Source: Candidatus Eiseniibacteriota bacterium (lineage in GTDB: Bacteria; Eisenbacteria; RBG-16-71-46). Taken from it: a stretch of 64,000 nucleotides of DNA. Position numbers and translations under genes: made by a program. The notes beneath the pieces are model-generated. The model saw only the letters and a program-made list of their open reading frames with translations. It ran no database searches and had not been told where the DNA came from. The stretch is taken from the NCBI GenBank assembly GCA_963717505.1, contig OY970342.1:1312001-1376000 (forward strand), given 5' to 3'. Shown in pieces: positions 11,575 to 22,400 of the stretch; within the stretch, counting starts at the first letter, position 1; the number at the start of each line of letters is the position of its first letter.

Positions 11575-11585
<11 letters not shown>
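10190..11585 (-). CDS. argH: Argininosuccinate lyase, multiple frameshifts; 3' boundary approximate
   Basis: GAGGAG RBS and GTG 11585; EDVHSAVE, HTGRSRNDQV, YTHLQ, PLGAGAVAGT, TGSSLLPQKRNPD, YQKDLQEDKE, PFRDAH. Confidence 0.9.
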
Positions 11586-12848
<1,263 letters not shown>

Positions 12849-12852
<4 letters not shown>

Positions 12853-14114
12853 TTCGGTTCTCCGGATGCGGTGGATTCGAGCCGGGTCACGGCGCGATCG
12901 AGCCGCTCGATCGCTTCCGCGATCTCCTCGGTGGTCACGGTGAGCGGCGGCAGCAGGCGCACGGCGCGCTCGCCGCCGCGCACCAGCAGCAGGCCCTGAT
13001 CGCGCGCAGCCCGCACCAGCGCCGGCGGCGTCGTACGGCGCGTCCCGCGGCGACTTCGATCGCGCGCAGCAGCCCGAGGCCCGCGCGCCTCGCGAGCGAC
13101 GGGTGCCGCGGCAACAGGCCTCTGAGGCCGCGAGCCAGGCATCGCAGCCGCGGCTGCGCACCCGGGCCAGGAATCGCGGGCGTGTTCACCGCGCTCGAGC
13201 ACGCAGGCGCCGGCCGCGGTCACCAGCGGGCCGCCGCCGAAGGTGCAGCCGTGCATGCCCGGCGCCAGGGTGTGCGGCCACTTCCTCGGTCATCAGCACG
13301 GCGCCCAGCGGCAGGCCGCCGCCCAGCGCCTTGCTCAGCACCGTGTAGTCGCCCGCGCACGCCGTAGTGCTCCTGCGCCAGCAGCTGTCCGCGTGCGGCC
13401 CATGCCGGTCTGCACCTCGTCGAAGATCAGCGCCGCGCCCGACCGCGCGCGCTCGCGCGCACGCAGCGCTTCGAGGAAGTCGCTTGCGCGCCGGCACGGC
13501 GCCGCTCTCGCCCTGCACCGGCTCGACGATCACCGCCGCCACGCTGGGCGTCGATCACGTGCGTCGAGGCCGGCGACGTCGTTGAACGTCGCGCGAAGCG
13601 CACGCCGGGAACCAGCGGCTCGAACGGTTCGCGGTAGGACGGCGTCCAGGTCGCCGACAGCGCGAACGCCGTGCGGCCGTGGAAGCCGCCGTGGAACGCC
13701 ACGATGTCGCGACCCGGCAACTCGAGGGCGCGCGCCCGAGCGCGCGCGAACTTGAGCGCCGCCTCGATGCCTTCGGTGCCCGAGTTGCAGAAGAACACGC
13801 GGTCGTAGCCGGTGGCCTCGGTCAGCGCTCGTGCCAGCTCCGCGCCCGGCTCGTTGGCGAACAGGTTCGAGCAGTGGACCAGCTGCTTGACCTGGCGCGC
13901 GACGACGCTGCGCAATCCCGGCGAGCGCATGCCCGAGCGCGTTGACCGCGATGCCGCTCACGAAGTCGAGGTAGTCGCGGCCGTCGGCGTCGGTCACCCG
14001 GGCGCCACGGCCCGCGGCCACCTCGAGGCGCGGCAGCGGATAGACCGGGGCCAGCAAGTCCGTTTCAGATTTCGGCGCTGCGATTGCGACCGGAGCCACC
14101 AGCGTTTCGGTCAT
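12849..14114 (-). CDS. argD: Acetylornithine aminotransferase (class III PLP), frameshifted
   Basis: [73 protein letters not shown]. Confidence 0.9.
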
Positions 14115-14940
14115 CGGAGCACGGCCTCCGTCGAGGAAGGTTCGATCCTGGTCGCCGGCGCGCTTCCTTCGACCAGCGAAGCGAGCGAGCCGGGGCCACT
14201 CCAGGCCCCGATCGTCACGCGCTGCACACCGCCGGCCAGCGCGGTGCGCGCGGCCGCGAGCTTGGGCAGCATGCCGCCGGTGACGTCTTCACGAGCCATG
14301 ACCGCCTCCAGTTCGTGGGCCGCGATGAAGCGAGGACGAACGCGCCGTCGATCGCCACGCCCGGCGTGTCGCTGAGCAGCACCAGCGCGGGCGAGCCGAG
14401 TGCGGCCGCGACCGCGCCGGCAAGATCGTCGGCGTTGAGGTTGAGCAGCGTCTCGCCGTCGGCGCCGATGCTCGCCAGCACCGGCATGAAGCCAGCGGCG
14501 AGCAGCGCCCGGAGCGGTTCCGCATTCAGTTTCAAAATCCGGCCCACCCGTCCGAGGCGCGCGTCCTCGTGGAGGACGACTTGCGCGATCCCGCCGTCGG
14601 CCGCGGACACGCCGATCGCAGGCGCACCGTTTGCGGCGAGCCCGGCCACGAGACGCTTGTTCGCGAGCCCGGCGAGCACCGCGACCGCGATCTCGAGGGT
14701 CGCGGCATCGGTCACGCGCAGCCCGTCGGCGAAACGTGGCTCGAGGCCCGCGCGCCGGCACCACGCGCTGACTTCCGCGCCGCCGCCGTGAACGAGCAGG
14801 ACCCGACCCGAGAGCGGCGCCAACTCGGCGGCGAGTGCGGCGGGCGCGGTCGCCTCGAGGGCGCGCCCGCCGAGCTTGATCACCACCGGCGCGATCCGGG
14901 AGTCCACGACGCCGTTTCGATCTTCGCCAGCGGCCGTCAC
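14111..14940 (-). CDS. argB: Acetylglutamate kinase, frameshift near 14340
   Basis: [33 protein letters not shown], then TGGMLPKL in a second frame. Confidence 0.9.
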
Positions 14941-16067
14941 CAGGGCGCTCCGTGCACCGGCAGATCCCAGCCCTCGGGCCAGCCGAGCATCAGGTTGAGA
15001 TTCTGGATCGCCTGGCCGGCGGCGCCCTTGACCAGGTTGTCGATCGCGGCGGCCGCGAGCAGCGTGCGGCCGCCATGCAGCGTGGTCACCGCGACGTCGC
15101 AGCGGTTGGACCCGCGCACGCGCCGCGTCTCCGGCCAGTCGCCGGGATCGAGCACGCGCACGAACGGCTCCTCGGCATAGCGCTCGAGCCAGGTGGCGTA
15201 CGCCTGCTCGGGGGTCACCGCTTCACGAAGCGTCGCGGTCGCGGTCAGCACGATGCCGCGCGCCATCGGCGCCAGGTGCGGCGCGAAGGCGACGGGTGAG
15301 GCCGCACCGAGGCGCGCAAAGTTGCGCTCCATCTCGGGCACGTGCGGATGCAGGTCGCCCGCCTTGTAGATCGAAGCTCCGCCTTCGAGCTCGACGAACG
15401 ACGTGCGCAGCGCGGGCGTCCGCCCGGCGCCGCTGACTCCTGAGATCGCGTGGACCATGACCGGCCCGGCGAGCCAGCCGAGCTCGGCCGCGGGCAGCAG
15501 CGCGAGCGTCGCCGCGGTCGGATAGCAGCCGGGGTTCGCCACGCGAGTGGCACTCGGGATCGAATCGCGGAACGCCTCCGGCAACCCGTAGACGTAACCC
15601 TCGTGGCCGTCGCGATGGTCGGACGACAGATCGACGACCCGCGGCGCCTGCGCGAGCGCCGGCTGTTCCGACACCAGCCGCGTCCACGCTCCGTGCGGCA
15701 GGCAGGCGACCACCGTGTCGCACACTCCGCTTTCGATCAGCGCGCCGGCGTCAGCCGGGTCGAGCACGGTCGGCAACGAGCGCTCGCGCGGGTCCACCCC
15801 GGGCAGCAGCTCGGCGGCCGGCCGGCCGGCATTCTCGCGCGAGCACAGAGCCACCAGTCGCAAGCCGTCGTGCCCGAGCGCCAGACGAGCGAACTCCTGG
15901 CCCGAGTAGCCGCTGGCGCCGAGCACCAGGATCATCGCGGTCCGGCCGCGAGCCGGCGCCGGAGCCGCTTCGTTCGCGGCCGGCGCAGGGAGGATGCCCG
16001 GCCCCGAGCCGCGCGATGCCGACGTGCCCGCCCTTACGGGGACCACCGGAGGAACGATTGCCGTCAC
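14937..16067 (-). CDS. argC: N-acetyl-gamma-glutamyl-phosphate reductase
   Basis: LGASGYSGQE, CLPHG, VDLSSDHR, YGLPE, VANPGCYPT, SGVSGAGR, IDNLVKGAAGQAIQNLN; intact ORF coupled to the argR stop (alternative ATG 15935). Confidence 0.95.
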   Translation of the reverse strand: MTAIVPPVVPVRAGTSASRGSGPGILPAPAANEAAPAPARGRTAMILVLGASGYSGQEFARLALGHDGLRLVALCSRENAGRPAAELLPGVDPRERSLPTVLDPADAGALIESGVCDTVVACLPHGAWTRLVSEQPALAQAPRVVDLSSDHRDGHEGYVYGLPEAFRDSIPSATRVANPGCYPTAATLALLPAAELGWLAGPVMVHAISGVSGAGRTPALRTSFVELEGGASIYKAGDLHPHVPEMERNFARLGAASPVAFAPHLAPMARGIVLTATATLREAVTPEQAYATWLERYAEEPFVRVLDPGDWPETRRVRGSNRCDVAVTTLHGGRTLLAAAAIDNLVKGAAGQAIQNLNLMLGWPEGWDLPVHGAPW

Positions 16068-16552
16068 TTCGCCGATCCTTCCGCGGCTGCGCTCGCGCCG
16101 AGCGCGATCGCATCGAGCCGCTTCTTGAGCCGCCTCGCGGCGGCGGTGTCCGCCATCACCACCAGCACCGTGTCGTCGCCGGCGACCGTGCCGACGATGT
16201 TCTCGAAGTCCGCCAGGTCGATCGCCCGGCCGACCCCGTTCGCGTGCCCCGGCGGCGTGCGCACCACCACCAGGTTCTGCGCCACCCGGATGTCGTTGAC
16301 GAACGCCTTGAGATCCAGCAGCCGCCGCTCACGGTCGATGGTTTCGACTGCCGGGCCCGGCAGCTCGTAGGCCGGCCGGTTGTGCGCGTCGACCCGCTTG
16401 GCGACCCCCAGGCTGCGCAGGTCTCTCGACAGCGTGGCCTGCGTGACCGCAAACCCCTGGCGCGCCAGCGCGTGCACGATCTCCTCCTGGCTGGCGAAAC
16501 GCCGGCCCGAGAGCATTTGTGCCAGGAGCGCGAGGCGACGGGAACGGGGCAA
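16064..16552 (-). CDS. argR: Arginine repressor
   Basis: SQEEIV, VTQATLSRDL, VVRTPPGHA, IVGTVAGDDTVLV; GGAGG RBS before TTG 16552. Confidence 0.95.
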   Translation of the reverse strand: MPRSRRLALLAQMLSGRRFASQEEIVHALARQGFAVTQATLSRDLRSLGVAKRVDAHNRPAYELPGPAVETIDRERRLLDLKAFVNDIRVAQNLVVVRTPPGHANGVGRAIDLADFENIVGTVAGDDTVLVVMADTAAARRLKKRLDAIALGASAAAEGSAK

Positions 16553-16584
16553 CGAATTCCTCCGGGTTTGGGACGCAAACCTCA

Positions 16585-16638
16585 GATGCAAGTTTATTCA
16601 GAGCTGTGCATAAAACTACAGGGCGGGGGCGGCGTCAA
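16585..16638 (-). promoter_or_regulatory. Tandem ARG boxes (ArgR operator) at the arg operon promoter
   Basis: Minus-strand cores TGTAGTTTTATGCA (16620-16607) and TGAATAAACTTGCA (16600-16587), i.e. 18-bp boxes 2 bp apart; TTGACG -35-like hexamer at 16638-16633; AT-rich island in GC-rich DNA. Confidence 0.8.
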
Positions 16639-16694
16639 GCGGGAAACGACGGGGGGGCCGGGTCGCCGAGATCGCCCCGGCAGGGGTCCTGGGG

Positions 16695-16735
16695 GAAAGA
16701 CGGCGGCCACCCCCGGATTCGAGGGTGGCCGCGTC
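16695..16735 (-). terminator. Putative intrinsic terminator between the glycan locus and the arg operon
   Basis: Perfect 10-bp stem GCGGCCACCC/GGGTGGCCGC (16703-16712 / 16723-16732) ~25 nt after the stop at 16759, followed by TCTTT on the minus strand. Confidence 0.6.
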
Positions 16736-16758
16736 GCCGGCGCTTTGCGCGTCGGGTG

Positions 16759-19215
16759 CTACGGAATCACGATCGCCCGGCCGGTGAGGGATCGCCCGGC
16801 GCGATTGATGCGCACCAGGTAGAGGCCCGGCCGCATGTTCTCTCGGCGACCCAGCTTCAGCTGATGCTGGCCGGCGCCGAGGCTGCCCACGTCCCGAGTC
16901 ATCACCTGTCGCCCGGAGACGTCGAAGACCTCGAGGGTCGCGGCCTGGTCGTCCGGCAGACTGAAGGAGACGGTGAAGTCTCCCCGGGTCGGTGTCGGCG
17001 CGATCCGGCTGAGCGCAAAGGTCTCCACCACCGGCCCGACGTCGAGCGTCGAGCTGATCGTGAAGGTGCCGCTCTCGCCCAGCTCGGCCGAGGTCACGAT
17101 CCCGGTTTCGTCCGAGTGCGAGACCCGGGCGATCGCCAGACGAACGCCACCCGACGGATGCTGGGGCACCGTCCACTGGTAGCGCCCGGTGTTGGCGACG
17201 CTGGCGTCCTCGACCTGCCAGGTCTCGCCGTCGTCGAACGACGACAGCAGCGAAACCGTCGAGTAATCGGCTTCCTCGGCGTCCCAGCTGACTTCCAGCT
17301 CGGAACCCGCGGCGATCAGATCGCCATCGTGCGGCCGGATGCGCGGCGCCTTCACGCGGACGTTGATCGTGGTCGCGAAGCAGCCGCTACCGACCGTGCC
17401 GGTGACCAGCATCGGCACCGACTCGCCGGCAGTGACCGTGGCCGCCACTTCGGAACGCAGGAACTTGACCTTGAGACGCGCCGGACGACCGTGGCCGCCG
17501 CCATCGTCGTCATCGTCGTCGTCGTCGCCGCGACCGTGGCCCCGGCCATGACCGTTCCCATTCCCGCGACCAAACACCGCATGACCGCCGCCGTCGTCGT
17601 CATCGTCGTCGTGATCGTCGCCGCCCACCAAACGCGCCGAAACCGCCGGCACGCCGTTGAGCAGGATCGACTCGGGATCGATGTTGCGCGCGCTGTAAGG
17701 AGCCGCAGGCGCCAGGCAGACGGTGACGTAGCGACCATGCGAGGCCAGGTTGAGCTTACGCGGGTGGAATCGGGCGTCGACCGCGACCGGATCGACGCAG
17801 TTGGTCTCGCGGATGTTGTTCCACGAAGCCGCCAGCGACGCTCCGGTGTTGGCGCGCGGCTGGTAGTAGCCACCGACACGGCCGTCGTTCAGCATTCCCC
17901 AGAGGCCGTTGGGGTTGCACTCCGCCGCGTTCTGCTTGCCGAACGGCAGCTCGCCGCTGTCGTACGTGATGCCGCCCTGCGTGAGGCGGTACTGGATGGT
18001 GGCCGGGTCAGCCTCGATGTTGTCGTTCGACCGGTAGGTGACCTCCAGGCGCACGGTCGTGCCCTTCACGTACGTGACGCCATGGTTGCCGGTGAAGCTG
18101 TAGAACGGAACGGCTCCGCCGAAGCAGGCGATCTCGCCGCTGGTCGCATTGGCCATGAACCGGCCGTCGACGTACTTGCCGTACCAGGGAGAAACGCGCA
18201 AACCGCCTTCCCCTTGGCCGGCGCCATCGAGCTTGAAGTCGGCGCTGAAGCGATAGTTGGAATTGTTGTGGAACGCGGCCGAGGTGGTGCCGCCGTCCGA
18301 GGAGAAGCTCCAGCTGTGCAGGTTGGCGAACCCGACACACGCCGGATCCATGGCGTCGGTGATCGAAACCGCCGCCGGGTAGTTGTTGACGGTGGTCAGA
18401 GTCGAGAGCGGGCAGTCGTTGAACGTCCGCAACTCGAGTGTGGCGGCATCGGGCAACGGGGTGCCGACCTCGGGGAGCACCGAGTACTTGATGTTCGCCC
18501 AGTTCGCGGTCAGCGACGCCGCCGAGTTGGCCCGGGGCTGGAAGTATCCGCCGGAGCGGCCGTCGTTCAGGCAGCCGAACAGCCCGTTGGGATCGCACTC
18601 GGCTGTGTTCTGGATGCCGAACGCCAGCACCGGGCTGTCGTAGGTGTTGTTGTTGTAGATGACGCGATACTGGATCGAGGCGGGCTGGGTGCTGAACAGA
18701 TGATTCGCCCGGTAGGTCACCTCCATGCGGATGGTGGTTCCCCGCACGTAGGTGATGGCGTGGTTGCCCGTGAAGCTGTAGAAGGGCAACGCGCCACCGA
18801 AGCAGGCGATCTCGCCGCTGGTCACGTTCGCCATGAAGCGGCCATCGACGAGCTTGCCGTACCAGGGAGACAGACGCAGGCCGCCTTCACCCTCGCCGGC
18901 GCCGCTGATCGTCAGGTCGGCGCCGAACGTGAAGTTCGAGTTGTTGTTGAATGCGGCCGAGGTGGTGCCACCGTCCGCCGAGAAGCTCCAGCTGTGCAGG
19001 TTGGCGAACCCGACACAGGCGGGATCCATGACGTCGGTGATCTGGATCGAGTTGGGATAGTTGTTGGTGACCGTGAGAGTCGACAGCGGGCAGTCGTTGA
19101 AGGTGCGCGTTTCCACCGTCGCGCCATTGGCGGACGGCGTCGCATGCGACGCGCCTGCAAAGACCACCATCAAGACTGTCGACCACGCCAGACTGAGGTT
19201 GCGGATCCGCTGCAT
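16759..19215 (-). CDS. Secreted protein with a tandemly duplicated unknown domain, an Asp/Gly/His-rich loop and a C-terminal FlgD/T9SS-like domain
   Basis: GGAGG RBS before ATG 19215; signal peptide; two copies of RTFNDCPLSTLT...CVGFANLHSWSFS...GEIACFGG...LNDGR.GGY.QPRAN; C-terminus LEVFDVSGRQV...PGLYLVRI. Confidence 0.85.
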   Translation of the reverse strand: MQRIRNLSLAWSTVLMVVFAGASHATPSANGATVETRTFNDCPLSTLTVTNNYPNSIQITDVMDPACVGFANLHSWSFSADGGTTSAAFNNNSNFTFGADLTISGAGEGEGGLRLSPWYGKLVDGRFMANVTSGEIACFGGALPFYSFTGNHAITYVRGTTIRMEVTYRANHLFSTQPASIQYRVIYNNNTYDSPVLAFGIQNTAECDPNGLFGCLNDGRSGGYFQPRANSAASLTANWANIKYSVLPEVGTPLPDAATLELRTFNDCPLSTLTTVNNYPAAVSITDAMDPACVGFANLHSWSFSSDGGTTSAAFHNNSNYRFSADFKLDGAGQGEGGLRVSPWYGKYVDGRFMANATSGEIACFGGAVPFYSFTGNHGVTYVKGTTVRLEVTYRSNDNIEADPATIQYRLTQGGITYDSGELPFGKQNAAECNPNGLWGMLNDGRVGGYYQPRANTGASLAASWNNIRETNCVDPVAVDARFHPRKLNLASHGRYVTVCLAPAAPYSARNIDPESILLNGVPAVSARLVGGDDHDDDDDDGGGHAVFGRGNGNGHGRGHGRGDDDDDDDDGGGHGRPARLKVKFLRSEVAATVTAGESVPMLVTGTVGSGCFATTINVRVKAPRIRPHDGDLIAAGSELEVSWDAEEADYSTVSLLSSFDDGETWQVEDASVANTGRYQWTVPQHPSGGVRLAIARVSHSDETGIVTSAELGESGTFTISSTLDVGPVVETFALSRIAPTPTRGDFTVSFSLPDDQAATLEVFDVSGRQVMTRDVGSLGAGQHQLKLGRRENMRPGLYLVRINRAGRSLTGRAIVIP
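17810..19125 (-). repeat. Intragenic tandem domain duplication, period 678 bp (226 aa)
   Basis: GGGCAGTCGTTGAA occurs at 18410 and 19088; GAGAAGCTCCAGCTGTGCAGGTTGGCGAACCCGACACA occurs in both copies. Confidence 0.9.
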
Positions 19216-19403
19216 GGGCCAGTGTCCTCCTTTTGGGGTTGTGTTCGGACGACTGCGGATCACGATGCACGTGATGCTGCTGGCGCGCACTTCAAGCCGA
19301 CGCACGCGGGGACCAGGTGGGTTGTCGCCCCGAAGACGCGGCGTTGACCGACCGTGCGTGGAGGTCGGCAGAGAACCTGCCTGCACACGGCCGCGGCGCT
19401 TGT

Positions 19404-19437
19404 TGTAAACGGTTACACGATCACTCACCTCCGTCAA
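19404..19437 (-). promoter_or_regulatory. Promoter -35 plus LacI-family operator (site 3)
   Basis: TTGACG (19437-19432), 14 nt, then near-palindrome TGTAACCGTTTACA (19417-19404). Confidence 0.75.
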
Positions 19438-19463
19438 GGTTGGAGTTGATATTCGCGGGGATT

Positions 19464-22400
19464 TCAGCGCCGAGCGGCGGGGTTTGGGTCAATGAACACC
19501 GTCACCTCGTGATGAACACCGTCGGTGCTCAGAGGAACCAGAACTCGACCTTCCTGGGTTTTCAGGGGCTGGCCATCCAGCACCCCCCTCAGGGCCGGGT
19601 CGCCACGAGCCTCCGACCGACGGACGACGATGGAATAGGTCGTTCCGAGCCCCAGGGGCCGAATCTTCACGCGATATCCCGGCCAGGAGTCTGGAATCGA
19701 AGGCCGGACCACCAGGGTCCGCCCATCCTCGACCGTGACCCCGAGCACCGATTCGAGCGCGACCCGCAGCATCCAGCCCGCCGAGCCGGTGTACCACGTC
19801 CACCCGCCGCGCCCGACGTGGGGCGGTTCGCCGTAGACGTCGGCGGCGATGACGTAGGGCTCGACCGAGTAGGTTTCCACGCCCGCCGCACTCGATCCGT
19901 GCGAGACCGGGCTCAGCATGGCGAGCAAGCGCGCCGCATCGCCGGTGCGCCCGAGCTGTGCCAGTGCGCGCACCACCCACAGGGCCGCATGCGTGTACTG
20001 TCCGCCGTTCTCGCGCACGCCCGGGACATAGCCCTTGATGTAGCCGGGATCGTGGGGTGTGCGATCGAACGCCGGTGTCAGCAGCTTCACGATGCCGTCG
20101 GTCTCCGAGACCAGATGGCGCATCACCGCGTCCATGGCCTGTTCCGCCCGCTCCCGCGGCGCTGCTCCGGACAACACCGACCACGCCTGAACCAGCGCGT
20201 CGATTCGACATTCGTCGCTCGATTGCGACCCGAGCGGAGTCCCGTCGTCGTAGTAGCCGCGGCGATACCAGGCGCCATCCCAGGCGTGGGTCTCGATCGC
20301 CGACTGGAGGCGCTGTTGGTGCTCGCGGTAACGCGCCGCACGTTCGGTGTCGCCCCGCGCCACGCACAAGGGGGCGAAACCCTCGAGCACGGAGAAGAGG
20401 AAGAACGCCATCCACACGCTCTCACCCCGTCCTTCGCGACCCACGCGATTCATGCCGTCGTTCCAGTCGCCCGATCCGAACAACGGAAGGCCGTGGTCCC
20501 CGGTCGACAGCGACCGATCGATGGCGAGGCAGCAGTGCGTGTAGAGCGCGGTGGCGGGCCCGACCGTGCTGGGTTCGAGGTAGGCTTCGTCCTCGCCCGG
20601 CGCCAGCGAGCGGCCGGCGACGAACCCGACGGGCGCGTTCAGAATGTCGTGATCGCCGGTGACGCGCACGTAAGTCGCCGCGGCATCCGGAAGCCACAGC
20701 AGGTCGTCGACGAATCGGGTGCGCAGGCCGTGGCTCCGGGGCGGGTGCCACCAGTGCAGCACGTCGCCCTCGGGAAACTGGTGCGCCGCGTGGAGCAGAA
20801 TCTGCCGCCGGACCAGGTCGGGTGCCACCGCGAGCAAGGCGGTCGCATCCTGGAGCTGATCGCGATATCCAAACGCGCCGCCCGATTGGTAGAACGCGGT
20901 GCGACCCCACAGGCGGCACGCCAGCGTCTGATACATGAGCCAGCCGTTGACCATCAGGTCGAGCGCTTCGACCGGAGTCTCGACCTGCACGCGCCCCACA
21001 CAATCGATCCAGTGTTCGCGGACTTCTCGTTCGATGCGATCGATTTCGCCCGGCTGGCGCAGGTTCTCGAGCACGGCCCCGAGCGCATCCCAGTTCTCGC
21101 AGTCGCCCAGGACGAAGGCGCATTGGCGCGTCTGGCCCGGCGCGATTTCGAGATCGACACGGCACGCAAAGCACGGCTCGGTGCCCGAGCCGGTCCGGCC
21201 GTCGAGGGGCTCGGCACGCGCCATGGCCGCTGGATGACGCAGACTCCCGCCCCGTCCGACGAAACCCGCGGCATCGGCGGTGTAGCTGGTGGCCATCATC
21301 TTTCCGTCGACGATCGCGGTCGCGAACGCCAGGCGGTCGATGCCGGTACCCGCGGGTTGCCGGGCGGTCAAGACCCGATGATCGGCGTCGAACGCAGTGG
21401 TGACGGTGCGGCGGTCTTCCGAACGTTCCCCGAGCTCGAGTCGCTGGAACGATACCGCCGCGAGCCGGCGGGTCCGCGTGCCGAGGTTCGTGATTCGCAG
21501 CCGCACCGTCCGAAAGTGTCCGACCACGGGAACGAAAACGTCGGCGACGGTTTCGATTCCGTCGGTCCTGTGGCGGAAGCGGGTCGACCCGAACCGATGG
21601 CGAACTTCGTAGTCGCCCGGGCCCGGGCACGGGCCCGGGAGCGGCGACCACGCGACGCCACGCTCCATGTCGCGCAGGTAGAGCGCCTCCGAGCAGGGAT
21701 CGCGCACCGGATCGTTGCTCCATGGGGTCAGCCGGTGCGTGCGGCTGTTGCCACTCCAGGTCGAGATCGAGCCGCCCTCCGTGACCAGGCAGCCGAAGTC
21801 TTCGTTCGCGAGGACGTTCGACCAGGGCATCGGTGGTCGGAGCAGCTCGCCGTCCGGGCCGCGCCGGAGAAAAAGCACGTACTCGCTGCCGTCCGCCGAG
21901 AAACCACCGATGCCATTGAAAGCGCGTAATGGCTCCGAAGATGGCGTCGCGTCGGTTTCGGCCGACTCGGCCGAGCGGGACGCGATCGTCGATCGCTCGA
22001 AGAGTCCGGCGAGGTCCAAGTCCCCATGCGGATCCGGGTACAACTCCATAGCCGCCGTGCGCTCAGCCTGCATCGCCGCGGCGTGCCCGAGGCCGAGTTC
22101 GTCCCACTCGCTCCGAGCGCGGGCATCCGCTTTCTCCCGAGAGTTCCGGCAGGCTTCGGACGTCCGCGATTCCTCGGCAATCCGGATCGCTTCCTCGCGC
22201 GTCGCGGTCGCGATCAGCAGCGACGCGTAGTCGGCGTGCTCGCCCGGCGCGAGTGCGGTGCGACGGCGCTGGACGAACACCGGGTCGAGCACGCTGCCGG
22301 TGCATCCCGACAGGGGCGACAGCGATCTGAGTCCGTGCGCCCGCTCGAGGTCTCCCCCGCGGCCGAGGAACGCGATGCGTCGCGTTTCGATTTCCAGCGC

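Noticed and set aside
17488-17626. Repeated TCGTCGTCATCGTCGTC units as a CRISPR-like array
   Set aside because: Only two copies, in frame within a CDS encoding poly-Asp; no spacers or cas genes
16519-19347. 942 aa plus-strand ORF, and similar long antisense ORFs at 19317-21929, 28890-31679, 48685-52716, 52840-55443 and 60850-63156
   Set aside because: Shadow ORFs opposite well-supported genes; Arg/Gly/Ala-rich with no motifs, as expected from GC-rich codon bias
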